Assembly: GCA_045120635.1 (NCBI GenBank)
Contig: JBGVEY010000042.1
Span: 7,773 to 71,772, forward strand
Direction: 5' to 3'
DNA length: 64,000 nucleotides
Origin: Candidatus Cryptobacteroides sp.
GTDB lineage: Bacteria > Bacteroidota > Bacteroidia > Bacteroidales > UBA932
Shown: positions 38,617 to 47,857 of the stretch, piece by piece
Position numbering within the stretch: position 1 is the first letter of the stretch
Layout of the letters: each line of letters begins with the position of its first letter
The notes under the pieces: generated by a model
Told to the model about the DNA's origin: nothing
Seen by the model: only the letters and a program-made list of their open reading frames with translations
Database searches by the model: none
Made by a program: the position numbers and the translations under genes

Positions 38617-39447
38617 TTATATTGCCGCTTCATACTCTCCCAGGATATTCAGATCTGTCATCAGCGGCTTCACGGCAGACAACGCCTGGGTATATCTTTC
38701 ATAATCTTCAAACTTGATGTCCACGTAGAAGAAATACTGCCACTCCTGTCCCGGTATCGGAAGAGACTGGATTCTGGTAAGGTTCATATCATAGAATGAA
38801 AGTATTGTCAGCACGTGCGTAAGGGAACCGGGCTTGTGAGGCAAGGTAAAGCACATTGACGCCTTGTTTATTCTTGACTGATCCACCTGAAGGTCATCAT
38901 CCAGGATAAGGAATCTGGTGAAGTTCTGCTTATACGTCTCTATGCTCTCCGAGATGATTTCAAGTCCGTATATGTCAGCGGCAAGATCCGAAGCGATAGC
39001 TCCCACGCCCTTCACTCCTTCCTTTGCGATATCCGCCGCACTACTTGCAGTATCTCCATACTCCACAAGGCGGATCCACGGATAAGCGTCGAAATACTGA
39101 CGGGTCTGGTTGATCGCCATGTAATGCGAACGCACCTCGTGAAGGTCTTCTATCCTCTGGCCCGGAAGGGTCATCAGGTTCTGCTTGATACGAAGGAACA
39201 CCTCACCCTTGATCTTACGGTTATATTTGCGCAAAAGCTCAAAGTTGGGAAGAAGTCCTCCTGACACCGTGTTCTCTATAGCCATTATCGCCGCATCCGC
39301 CGCACCTTCGTTCATTCTTCTGTAAAGGTCTTCGAACGATTTGCACTCCACAACTTGCGGCTTTGGGAGACCCTCCTTCTCATAGAAACGGTACACCGCC
39401 TGCTCGTGGAAACATCCCTTGATTCCCTGAATTGCTACCTTCTTCAT
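38617..39447 (-). CDS. pheA: Prephenate dehydratase with ACT domain
   Basis: VAIQGIKGCFHE, AIENT, NFTRFL, LPHKPGSL, NLTRIQSLP. Confidence 0.95.
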   Translation of the reverse strand: MKKVAIQGIKGCFHEQAVYRFYEKEGLPKPQVVECKSFEDLYRRMNEGAADAAIMAIENTVSGGLLPNFELLRKYNRKIKGEVFLRIKQNLMTLPGQRIEDLHEVRSHYMAINQTRQYFDAYPWIRLVEYGDTASSAADIAKEGVKGVGAIASDLAADIYGLEIISESIETYKQNFTRFLILDDDLQVDQSRINKASMCFTLPHKPGSLTHVLTILSFYDMNLTRIQSLPIPGQEWQYFFYVDIKFEDYERYTQALSAVKPLMTDLNILGEYEAAI

Positions 39448-39553
39448 ACCTATACTATTGTAATCTATTGACAATCTGACAATTAAATATTCAAGGGTGG
39501 TCAACTTTCACCCACCTTCGCACAGTCAACTTACTGTACCTCAATATTTTGCC

Positions 39554-39588
39554 AAAAACAAAAAACTGCCCGGCATAAAACCGAGCAG
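39554..39588 (-). terminator. Attenuator terminator of the pheA-tyrA-aroF/CM leader
   Basis: Minus strand CTGCTCGG-TTTTATG-CCGGGCAG-TTTTTTGTTTTT, upstream of pheA. Confidence 0.85.
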
Positions 39589-39636
39589 CATAAAAAATAT
39601 CTCTATACGACTATACGATACGCAGCACCCGGTCTA

Positions 39637-39696
39637 TCACCTTTTCTGGAAATAGAAATAATAATAACCGTAGCTGTTAAATCGATAAGTACCCAT
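39637..39696 (-). CDS. Tyr/Phe-rich attenuation leader peptide (19 aa)
   Basis: MGTYRFNSYGYYYFYFQKR*: 6 Tyr and 3 Phe; lies between a promoter and a terminator upstream of aromatic amino acid genes. Confidence 0.88.
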   Translation of the reverse strand: MGTYRFNSYGYYYFYFQKR

Positions 39697-39716
39697 AATG
39701 TTCGTTGTAACTGTGA

Positions 39717-39750
39717 CAAATATAGAAATAATTCCTTCTCTTTATCCAAA
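39717..39750 (-). promoter_or_regulatory. Promoter of the aromatic amino acid leader
   Basis: TATATTTG at 39724-39717 and TTTG at 39750-39747. Confidence 0.6.
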
Positions 39751-39779
39751 TATTTGAAAAAAGTATGCGGAAAGGGGAA

Positions 39780-40343
39780 TTACACTGTCATGATTTCCTT
39801 TTCCTTTGCTGATACGAGCTCATCAACCTTCTTAGTGAAAGCGTCAGTCTCCTTCTGTACGAGCTGCTCATGATCCTTCTGAACATCCTCAGGCATACCT
39901 TCCTTCTGCGCCTTCTTGAGAAGCTCGATAGCGTCACGACGTGCGTTACGTACGCTCACCTTTGCAGTCTCACCGGCTGCCTTTGCCTTCTTGATGAGGT
40001 CCTTACGACGGTCCTCAGTAAGAGGTGGAATAGTACAACGGATGCTCTCGCCATTGTTTGATGGAGTGAAACCGAGGTTAGCGTCGATGATAGCCTTCTC
40101 GATAACAGGGATCATCTTCTTCTCCCATGGCTGAAGCATGAGTGTCTTTGCGTCAGGAGTAGTGACTGAAGCAACCTGTGGGATAGGTGTAGGGCTGCCA
40201 TAGTAGTCAACCATCACGTTGTTGAACACGAGAGGATTTGCCTTACCGGCACGATATGTCTTGAGTTCCTCATCAAGGTGTGATACAGCATGCGCCATCT
40301 TGTCCTTCGCACCTGCAAGAATTTCTTTTGCTTTAGTAATCAT
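39780..40343 (-). CDS. frr: Ribosome recycling factor
   Basis: RAGKANP, VDYYGSPTPI, PPLTEDRRKDL, VRNARRD. Confidence 0.98.
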   Translation of the reverse strand: MITKAKEILAGAKDKMAHAVSHLDEELKTYRAGKANPLVFNNVMVDYYGSPTPIPQVASVTTPDAKTLMLQPWEKKMIPVIEKAIIDANLGFTPSNNGESIRCTIPPLTEDRRKDLIKKAKAAGETAKVSVRNARRDAIELLKKAQKEGMPEDVQKDHEQLVQKETDAFTKKVDELVSAKEKEIMTV

Positions 40344-40367
40344 AATATGTTGTATTTGAATTTTCTG

Positions 40368-41078
40368 TTATACATGTACAAGTGTACCGACCTTCTCGCC
40401 CTTCACAAGCTTGGTAAGGTTGCCCTTCTGGTTCATATCGAACACGATGATAGGCATGTTACCCTCGCGGCAGAGAGCGAACGCTGTCTGATCCATTACT
40501 TTGAGACGGTCCTCGATAGCCTTGTCGAAAGTGAGCTCATCATATTTCACGGCTGTAGGATCCTTTTCCGGGTCTGCAGTATATACGCCGTCCACGCGGG
40601 TTCCCTTGAGAAGCGCATCGGCGCCGATCTCGAGAGCACGGAGAGCCGCACCTGAGTCTGTAGTGAAATACGGGTTACCTGTACCGCCCGCGATGAGGGC
40701 GACACCGCCACGCTCCATCACTGCAACAGCGTCATCTCTCATATAATAACGTGCAACAGGCATCATAGGAGTCGCTGTAAACACCTCTGCCTCAACTCCT
40801 GCACTGCGGATCGCCATTGCAAGACCGAGAGAGTTGATCACAGTGGCAAGCATACCCATCTTGTCGCCGTTCACTCTGTCAAAGCCCTTTCCAACACCCT
40901 GAAGGCCACGGAAAATATTACCGCCTCCGATGACGATAGCCACCTGAAGACCATTGTTAACTGCAGTTGCAACCTCCTCTGCGTACGCTGCAAGCCAGTT
41001 TTCGTCAATACCCTTTCCGGCAGGACCTCCAAGGCTCTCGCCGCTCAATTTCAAAAGAACTCGTTTATATACTCCCAT
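40368..41078 (-). CDS. pyrH: UMP kinase
   Basis: RVLLKLSGE, GGGNIFRG, GTGNPYFTTD, DGVYTADP. Confidence 0.98.
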   Translation of the reverse strand: MGVYKRVLLKLSGESLGGPAGKGIDENWLAAYAEEVATAVNNGLQVAIVIGGGNIFRGLQGVGKGFDRVNGDKMGMLATVINSLGLAMAIRSAGVEAEVFTATPMMPVARYYMRDDAVAVMERGGVALIAGGTGNPYFTTDSGAALRALEIGADALLKGTRVDGVYTADPEKDPTAVKYDELTFDKAIEDRLKVMDQTAFALCREGNMPIIVFDMNQKGNLTKLVKGEKVGTLVHV

Positions 41079-41203
41079 AATAGTTTGTGAATTTCAGACA
41101 AACAAAAGTATCGAATTATTATGAAACTTCCAAGAAAGAGTATATCTTTGCATATTAGAAAAAGCCAAACCCGATTATTAACTAAACAAAGATTATAACT
41201 ATT

Positions 41204-41911
41204 ATGGCACTTTCTTCAATTACCAAGAAGCTTATCATGAGTATAAGCGGCCTTTTCCTTATCGTCTTCCTTCTTTTGCACCTTACTATCAATGCATTCT
41301 CTATCGTTGATACATTCACAGGCAACTACGGTGCAGCTGACGGTCTTTTTGCAAAGGGTTGCGAGTTCATGGCGCTTCCTATCGTGACCATCATGGTACC
41401 TGTGCTTGCACTTGGTTTCCTTGTACACATCGCTTATGCTTTCATCCTTACACTCGGCAACATCAAGGCTCGCGGCGGATACTGCCGTTACGCTTCAGGC
41501 AGCAAGGGAAAAGCTGAGTCTTGGGCTTCAAAGAACATGTGCGTTCTCGGAGTGATCGTACTCGGTCTCGTTGCATTCCACCTCAACCACTTCTGGGCAG
41601 ACATGCAGCTCAAGGAGTTCATGGGTGAGCACGCTGTTGACCCTTACATCCTCCTCAACGCAACATTCAAGAACGGCTGGATGGTAGTAGTATACGTATT
41701 GTGGTTCGCCGCTCTCGGTTTCCACCTTACACACGGTTTCTGGAGCGCATTCCAGACAATCGGTATGAGCAACCAGATCTGGGAGAAGAGACTCTACATC
41801 ATCGGTAAGATCTTTGTAGGCATCATCGTTCTCGGCTTCTCAGCAGTTGCAGTAAACGCATTCATTCAGGCAAACTTCCTCGCAGCTCCATGCTGCTGCG
41901 GCGGTTGCTAA
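41204..41911 (+). CDS. sdhC: Succinate dehydrogenase/fumarate reductase cytochrome b subunit (standalone)
   Basis: SSITKKLIMSISGLFL..LLHL, HIAYA, FHLNHFW, FHLTHGFWSAFQTIG; 5 TM helices with heme-ligating His. Confidence 0.9.
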   Translation: MALSSITKKLIMSISGLFLIVFLLLHLTINAFSIVDTFTGNYGAADGLFAKGCEFMALPIVTIMVPVLALGFLVHIAYAFILTLGNIKARGGYCRYASGSKGKAESWASKNMCVLGVIVLGLVAFHLNHFWADMQLKEFMGEHAVDPYILLNATFKNGWMVVVYVLWFAALGFHLTHGFWSAFQTIGMSNQIWEKRLYIIGKIFVGIIVLGFSAVAVNAFIQANFLAAPCCCGGC

Positions 41912-41924
41912 TCAGCCAAAAGAC

Positions 41925-41971
41925 ATACAAAAAAAGAAGCTGTCACGACGTGACAGCTTCTTTTTTTGTAT
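41925..41971. terminator. Bidirectional intrinsic terminator
   Basis: ATACAAAAAAAGAAGCTGTCAC-GAC-GTGACAGCTTCTTTTTTTGTAT. Confidence 0.9.
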
Positions 41972-41977
41972 CCCTAC

Positions 41978-43162
41978 CTACTTGAGATAGATGATTGAAT
42001 TGACCTTACGTTCTTTAGGATTGTTCCAGTTGCTTCCGTCAGAGCCGTGGTTGACGAAGCCTTTACCTTTAATATACATGGTTGTAGAACCACCGCCGTC
42101 GAGATTGAGAGCGTACTTTGCTCCCAAGAGAGTGAAGAACTCCTGCATCAGAGAGGTCGACATGCCCACGGCCTGGCCAGGGAATCTTCCGTCTATTGTC
42201 ACAAGAAGTACTGATCCGTTCTCTGTAATCGCCACCGCTGTACGAGGATGAGGGTCTGTATTGTGGGTAGTGTTCTGAGAAAGGTAAGCATACTCTCCAT
42301 TATTAATGAGAAGCGGGCCGCATACCATGACATTCTTGTCGGCGAGGTCTCTTGCGCCCTCATTCCCCGCAACACTCTTGATTTCAGCCACGCCGTCTGT
42401 AATCACAAAGGCACCACCGGCAAATGTAGAACTGCGACCGTCGGTACCCGGTGTAGCCACGACGCCGTCAATCTTCAGAAAATCACGTGCAAGACCGGTG
42501 CCTCCCGTACTGTTGTCAAAATACTGGGCGTTGATGCCGACAATGGCACCCGCTGACACGCACTGGTCGCTTGTTTTTATCTTACCGGATGGGTATGTAA
42601 AATGGAGGTTTGCGATCTCGGATTTCGGAACTGTGACGATGTTGATGGACCTCGGCTCTCCCTTCCACTGTGTAATTGTGCTGATCCATTTCACTCCCGG
42701 ACGGAGCTCCTCCACTTTTGCACCTTTGAATACGATAGCCGAATCACAACGTCTGAGATCCAATTCAAGAGGAAGCGCCTCTGATGTACCTGCAACTGTA
42801 CTCACTCTGACCTGTACAACTTCTTTGAGTGCCAACTCCGGTATTCTGGCAACCAGCTTTGTCGCCTGAGCCTCCACGAAATCCGTACATGTGACATCAT
42901 CAAACAAGAGAACATTGCCGCCTGCCTGAGTACTGAAGTTCTGTCCGGTAATGACAATCTCCTCACCATACACTCCCTTGTTGCCGAACGATGTCGAAAG
43001 CGACTCAAGGACAGGCGCCGGGAGCGGTTCCGGTTTCGGATCCTCCTTGTCCTCCGTAGCAGGAGGTGTCGGCGGATTGATTTCAGAGCCTGAATCGGGC
43101 TTTGTACATGCGAGGAATGCCAAACTTAGCGCAACAGACAGGATAAAGATTGATTTTTTCAT
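41978..43162 (-). CDS. Lipoprotein with IPT/TIG domain and phosphodiester glycosidase (NAGPA-like) domain
   Basis: Lipobox FLAC, Pro-rich linker, ITGQNF, GINAQYF, HPRTAVA, DGR, ALNLDGGGST. Confidence 0.88.
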   Translation of the reverse strand: MKKSIFILSVALSLAFLACTKPDSGSEINPPTPPATEDKEDPKPEPLPAPVLESLSTSFGNKGVYGEEIVITGQNFSTQAGGNVLLFDDVTCTDFVEAQATKLVARIPELALKEVVQVRVSTVAGTSEALPLELDLRRCDSAIVFKGAKVEELRPGVKWISTITQWKGEPRSINIVTVPKSEIANLHFTYPSGKIKTSDQCVSAGAIVGINAQYFDNSTGGTGLARDFLKIDGVVATPGTDGRSSTFAGGAFVITDGVAEIKSVAGNEGARDLADKNVMVCGPLLINNGEYAYLSQNTTHNTDPHPRTAVAITENGSVLLVTIDGRFPGQAVGMSTSLMQEFFTLLGAKYALNLDGGGSTTMYIKGKGFVNHGSDGSNWNNPKERKVNSIIYLK

Positions 43163-43184
43163 AAAAGTTATGGTCTTTATTTCA

Positions 43185-44984
43185 CTATATTCCACATTTC
43201 TCAGCCAGCCACGACGCCACATCATCCGGGAGGTGTGGCGACAGAGTATGATAGACGCGGGCGTTATATTCCATAAGCCAATGGAACGCTTCAGGACCGA
43301 GGAGTCCCGGAAGCACGGCTGATGTATCAATATGACATAGAGTCAGTGTCTCGAAATCGAGCCACTCGCCGAATTCCGATGTTCCCGCTTCGCGGCAGAG
43401 AACGATATTCTCATGACGTATGCCGTACATTCCTTCACGGTACATCGCCGGTTCATTCGACGTAACCATTCCCGGGAGAAGCGGCTGCGGGTTAGGCTGC
43501 CAACGTATGCTCTGAGGACCTTCATGAACGCAGAGATAATATCCTATGCCATGGCCGGTACCGTGACCGAAGTTTCGCTGAGCGCGCCAGAGCGGCATAC
43601 GCGCGAATGCGTCAAGCTGATGACCTGTAGTGCCGCGAGGGAATACCGCCATAGAAAGGTCTATCATTCCCTTAAGCACCAAGGTGTAGTCTTCCATTTC
43701 AAGTTCCGTACATTCGCCCATAGGGATTGTGCGGGTAATATCCGTAGTACCGGTCAGATACTGTCCGCCGGAGTCCACGAGATACAGGCCTCGCGGCTCT
43801 ATCACAGCAGAACCTTCGCGAGGAGTCGAGTAATGCGGAAGGGCCGCATGCGCACCATACGCCGATATATTCTCGAAACTGTTGCCTCTATAGCCCGGGA
43901 TCTGCGCACGGAAGGCGGTAAGGCGCTCAGAGACCTCCCACTCCGTCACCTCCCTGCCCGATGCCACCTCCGTTTCAAGCCAGTGGAGGAAACATTCCAT
44001 TGCAACGCCGTCATCTATGTATGTCTGACGGAGGTTTTCTATTTCCGACTGAGTCTTCACTGATTTCTCCAGGATGACAGGAGAGGTGCCCTCAACGACA
44101 CATTCTGCAGGATAGTTCTCGCAGATATGACTGTAGATATGATGGTTCAGGGTTGACGGATCGACAAAGATCTTTACCGGAGCGTTTTCTCCCGTGAAGT
44201 CCTTGAGCGCATAATACACGGCATCATAGTCCTCTACCTCGATCCCATCTGCCACCAGTTCGTTGAAACTATCCTCGGTATCCGGATCCAGGTCTGTCAC
44301 ATCCTTACGGACAAACCATTTCACACTATCATGCGACACAAGAAGATACGAGATCACAAGCGGATTATACTCGATATCACTTCCCCTGACGTTCAGCATC
44401 CAGGCAATCTCATCCAGAGAAGAAAGCAGAACTCTGTCCACTCCACGAAGAAGCATCCATTTGCGCAGCCACTCGATCTTCTCCAGACGTGGACGACCAC
44501 CGAAACATTCCACATCAAGAGTAGTCACCGGAGATACCGGCAGGGCTGGACGGTCCTCCCACAAAGTCTCAAGCATATCGGGAACATCAACAAGAGCACA
44601 TCCCTTGGTCATAAGCTCCTGAGCCGCACTCTTGCTCTGACAAAGTCCGTCCAAAGCCACAACTGCAGCCTTGTCTGCCAGCCAGTCGGGAATACTTACT
44701 TCATCAGGAACACGCGTCTTATGCAACTGCACTCCTGTTCCCTCAAGCTGCTCGAGAGCCTGAATGAAATATCTCGAATCTGTCCAAAGCCCGGCATGGT
44801 CGTGAGTCACAACCACATCCCCGGCCTCGCCTGTAAATCCGGAAAGCCATTTCACCTGCTGCCATCTTGGAGCCGGATATTCGCTGGAATGCGGATCCGA
44901 GCCGCTTACCACGACTGCATCCCAACCGTTACTTGTCATGATCTCCCTGAGAGAGTCGATCCTTTGTGCAAAAACATTATTCAT
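43185..44984 (-). CDS. Xaa-Pro aminopeptidase (M24B)
   Basis: DPHSSEY, DSGGQY, GTTDITRT, HGTGHGIG, VHEGP, SNEP, GIRHEN. Confidence 0.95.
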   Translation of the reverse strand: MNNVFAQRIDSLREIMTSNGWDAVVVSGSDPHSSEYPAPRWQQVKWLSGFTGEAGDVVVTHDHAGLWTDSRYFIQALEQLEGTGVQLHKTRVPDEVSIPDWLADKAAVVALDGLCQSKSAAQELMTKGCALVDVPDMLETLWEDRPALPVSPVTTLDVECFGGRPRLEKIEWLRKWMLLRGVDRVLLSSLDEIAWMLNVRGSDIEYNPLVISYLLVSHDSVKWFVRKDVTDLDPDTEDSFNELVADGIEVEDYDAVYYALKDFTGENAPVKIFVDPSTLNHHIYSHICENYPAECVVEGTSPVILEKSVKTQSEIENLRQTYIDDGVAMECFLHWLETEVASGREVTEWEVSERLTAFRAQIPGYRGNSFENISAYGAHAALPHYSTPREGSAVIEPRGLYLVDSGGQYLTGTTDITRTIPMGECTELEMEDYTLVLKGMIDLSMAVFPRGTTGHQLDAFARMPLWRAQRNFGHGTGHGIGYYLCVHEGPQSIRWQPNPQPLLPGMVTSNEPAMYREGMYGIRHENIVLCREAGTSEFGEWLDFETLTLCHIDTSAVLPGLLGPEAFHWLMEYNARVYHTLSPHLPDDVASWLAEKCGI

Positions 44985-46542
44985 AGTCTGAAGGATTTAT
45001 CCAATCTGTCTGTTCTTTTGTTGTCTGTCCTGACATGAATCTCTCATAGAAAGACTCATATTTATCTGCTGAATACGGATATCTGTCAAATACATCCCCA
45101 TCCGGTCCCAGACGAGGGTCACCCTGACGTTCTAGCTCACGGAAAAGATGACGATGCAGTTTCTTCCTTATCCCGGCATACTCCGGCTCCTGCGCCAGAT
45201 TATTCATGCATTCCGGATCCGACTTCAGATCATACAGTTGCTCCTGAGGATTCCTGCCGAAGGAATGATGCCACAACAAGGTGTCTGCCCCCTCTCTTCG
45301 CATCTGCAGGATCTCAGTCTTGGTAGGAGAACTGTCAGTATTCAGATATCCGGTTTCCGGATTGCAAGCCGGCCAGAGCCATGGCTTGAAGTTATACATA
45401 TAGAGGAACCGCTCATCCCTGATGGATCTGATAGGATAACCCTGATCCTCAGGACGGCCGCAGTCGTGTCTCTCCTGGCCGAAAAGCATGTATTTTCGTG
45501 GCTTTCGCCTTGCATCCGCCAATATATCCAGGAAATCCTTTCCCTCCGGGGCCATATCCACAGCCGACGGATCGACTCCTGCCAGAGCCAGAAGAGTCGG
45601 AGCTATGTCCACCATGCTGACCAGGGCAGATTCGGTCCTTCCCGGATTTGAGATTCCTTCCGGCCACATCACCGCCATCGGAAGATGGGTAGAATGTTCA
45701 TAGCCAAACCCCTTCCTGCGCGGGAACGGCATACCGTTATCACCTGTGACGATTATTATGGTATTGTCCAGCTCTCCCCTCTGCTCAAGGGTATTGATCA
45801 TCTGCATCAGATGCGAATCGAACCAGCTGATTTCATAAGAATAATCCAGCATGTCATTACGGACGACCTCATTGTCAGGCCAATATGCCGGTACTTTATC
45901 AATATCAGAGGTACTCATGCCTCCCTGCGAGACTCCTGTACCATACTCATATACCCTATGAGGCTCCCTGAAGCCACACCAGAACACCCATGGCTCGCCC
46001 TCATCTGCATCTGAAAGGAATTCCTTGAAATTGTTGATATAATCAAATGCTGCGATTCCGGATGTAGGAGGCTCTGTCTTATGGTTCAGATAAGGTTCTC
46101 CGACCAGTCGGCGAGGTTGACCATTGACTTTTCCCGGCTTGCCCGGAGCCCACGGCTTTCCTGTATATCCGGCATGGTAGCCATTCTGTGCCAGAGCCTC
46201 AAAGAGTGTTGTAAAACGTCCTTCAGGCCATATGGCGAGGTGGTTTCCCAGTTCCTCCAGCTGCCACGAATAACGTCCTGTCAGCAGACAGGCACGGGAC
46301 GGAGCAGACTTGGAGTTCGGAGTATAGAAGTTCTCCATAAGAATTCCCTCTTCAGCGATCCTGTCGAAAGCTGGTGTCTCCACCCATCCGCATCCATACT
46401 TTCCCGCATGAGGATATGACCAGTCATCTGCCAGGGCAATGAGGATGTTAGGACGCTTTTCGCAAAGCGCCTCGGTCCGGTCAGCACAAGAGACTACCGA
46501 CAACAGAGCAAGCAATGAAAGAGGTTCCTTCTTCATGGTCAA
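44977..46542 (-). CDS. Ser-type sulfatase (lipoprotein)
   Basis: RPNILIALADD, SAPSRACLLTG (SxPxR), GDNG, LYDLKSDP. Confidence 0.93.
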   Translation of the reverse strand: MTMKKEPLSLLALLSVVSCADRTEALCEKRPNILIALADDWSYPHAGKYGCGWVETPAFDRIAEEGILMENFYTPNSKSAPSRACLLTGRYSWQLEELGNHLAIWPEGRFTTLFEALAQNGYHAGYTGKPWAPGKPGKVNGQPRRLVGEPYLNHKTEPPTSGIAAFDYINNFKEFLSDADEGEPWVFWCGFREPHRVYEYGTGVSQGGMSTSDIDKVPAYWPDNEVVRNDMLDYSYEISWFDSHLMQMINTLEQRGELDNTIIIVTGDNGMPFPRRKGFGYEHSTHLPMAVMWPEGISNPGRTESALVSMVDIAPTLLALAGVDPSAVDMAPEGKDFLDILADARRKPRKYMLFGQERHDCGRPEDQGYPIRSIRDERFLYMYNFKPWLWPACNPETGYLNTDSSPTKTEILQMRREGADTLLWHHSFGRNPQEQLYDLKSDPECMNNLAQEPEYAGIRKKLHRHLFRELERQGDPRLGPDGDVFDRYPYSADKYESFYERFMSGQTTKEQTDWINPSDYE

Positions 46543-46546
46543 GAGC

Positions 46547-47857
46547 TTATACTATTCCTGCAATTATATTGTCAGATACAAAAAATCTGTTTTCCGGGAT
46601 CCTCACATTCCCATTTTCAAGAGTAACGAGATTCAGACATCTGAAAGCATCTTCCAACTCAGCCTTCTGGCAATGCTCCCTCAGATACACCCCTGGCACT
46701 CCAGCAGCAGTACGCAGTCCAAGCATGACCTTTTCCATTATCAGCTGTTCCTGATCCAGGGTTTCACTGCCTTGCACATCTGCAAAGTTTCCATTCTGAG
46801 CCGCAGCCAGATACCCTTTCAAGTCCGGCTCATTCCACTGACGGATACTTTCAGCAGAAACAGCGAAGCCAGATGTGTGGAGATGGCATTTTCCCACCCC
46901 CGGGTAGGGGGAGGGGCCCAACTTTGTTGGGAGGGGGCCTTCGGAACACACTGGCGAGTCGTGAATGCAGAAAGTATCCACCTGCACCAGATAACTATGT
47001 GCTCCGGGACCTAAACCGATATATGGTCTGTGATTCCAGTATGCAGAATTATGCACCGCCTCAAATCCAGGCTGAGCATAATTGGAAATCTCATAATGAT
47101 TGTAACCTGCCGCTGCAAGAGTCTCACACAGAATGGCATACTGTCTCTCGCACACCTCATCCGAAGCCTCGCTCCACTTCCCCTTCGCAATCAGCTTCTC
47201 CAGCATACTATCCTCCTCCACCGAAAGCTGATAGGCAGAAATATGCTTCGGAGGCCTTCCGGAACCCGAAATGCTCAACGCCTTCGACAAAGTCTTGCGC
47301 CAGAGTTCATCATCCATATGCGAAAGCCCGAAAATAAGATCAATGCTGATATTGTCCACGCCTGCCTCCTCCAGAATCCTATATGCCTGAACAGCCTGGT
47401 CTGCCGTATGCCTGCGGTTCATCCACTTCAGAATGCCGTCATCAAAGGACTGGACACCCATGCTCACACGGTTTACACCCAATGCCACGAGTCCTTTCAC
47501 ATAGTCCGGGCCCTTCTCCACGATATCCTCCGGATTCACCTCAACTGTAAATTCGTCAAAACCGCAAGGATGACCGATCGCCTTAAGCGCATCAATCAAC
47601 CGCCCGAACATAGGCAACGGCAGTACCGACGGCGTACCGCCACCAATATAAAGGGTGTTCACGCCACTTGACGCAAACACCCTTCTTATATCATTCTGCC
47701 TTGTCTTTATCTCCGCTTCAAGAGCCGAAACATATTCCTCGAATCTGTTCTCATGATTCAGAATATCCTCAGATCTGCGACACTTTGGAGCAGCCTCCGA
47801 ATAGAAGCCGCAATATGTGCAGAAACTCCTGCAGAAAGGGATATGGATATATATCAT
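46547..47857 (-). CDS. hemW: Radical SAM heme chaperone HemW with a 45-aa in-frame insertion
   Basis: YIHIPFCRSFCTYCGF, GGGTPS, YEISNYA, HNSAYW (HNxxYW), GPGAHSY. Confidence 0.92.
   Translation of the reverse strand: MIYIHIPFCRSFCTYCGFYSEAAPKCRRSEDILNHENRFEEYVSALEAEIKTRQNDIRRVFASSGVNTLYIGGGTPSVLPLPMFGRLIDALKAIGHPCGFDEFTVEVNPEDIVEKGPDYVKGLVALGVNRVSMGVQSFDDGILKWMNRRHTADQAVQAYRILEEAGVDNISIDLIFGLSHMDDELWRKTLSKALSISGSGRPPKHISAYQLSVEEDSMLEKLIAKGKWSEASDEVCERQYAILCETLAAAGYNHYEISNYAQPGFEAVHNSAYWNHRPYIGLGPGAHSYLVQVDTFCIHDSPVCSEGPLPTKLGPSPYPGVGKCHLHTSGFAVSAESIRQWNEPDLKGYLAAAQNGNFADVQGSETLDQEQLIMEKVMLGLRTAAGVPGVYLREHCQKAELEDAFRCLNLVTLENGNVRIPENRFFVSDNIIAGIV
46844..46978. mobile_element. 135-bp palindromic (MITE/RPE-like) element inserted in frame in hemW
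   Basis: Ends GATACTTTC...GAAAGTATC; inner stems GCCAGATGTGT/ACACACTGGC and CCCAAC-TTT-GTTGGG; exactly 45 codons on codon boundaries. Confidence 0.75.
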
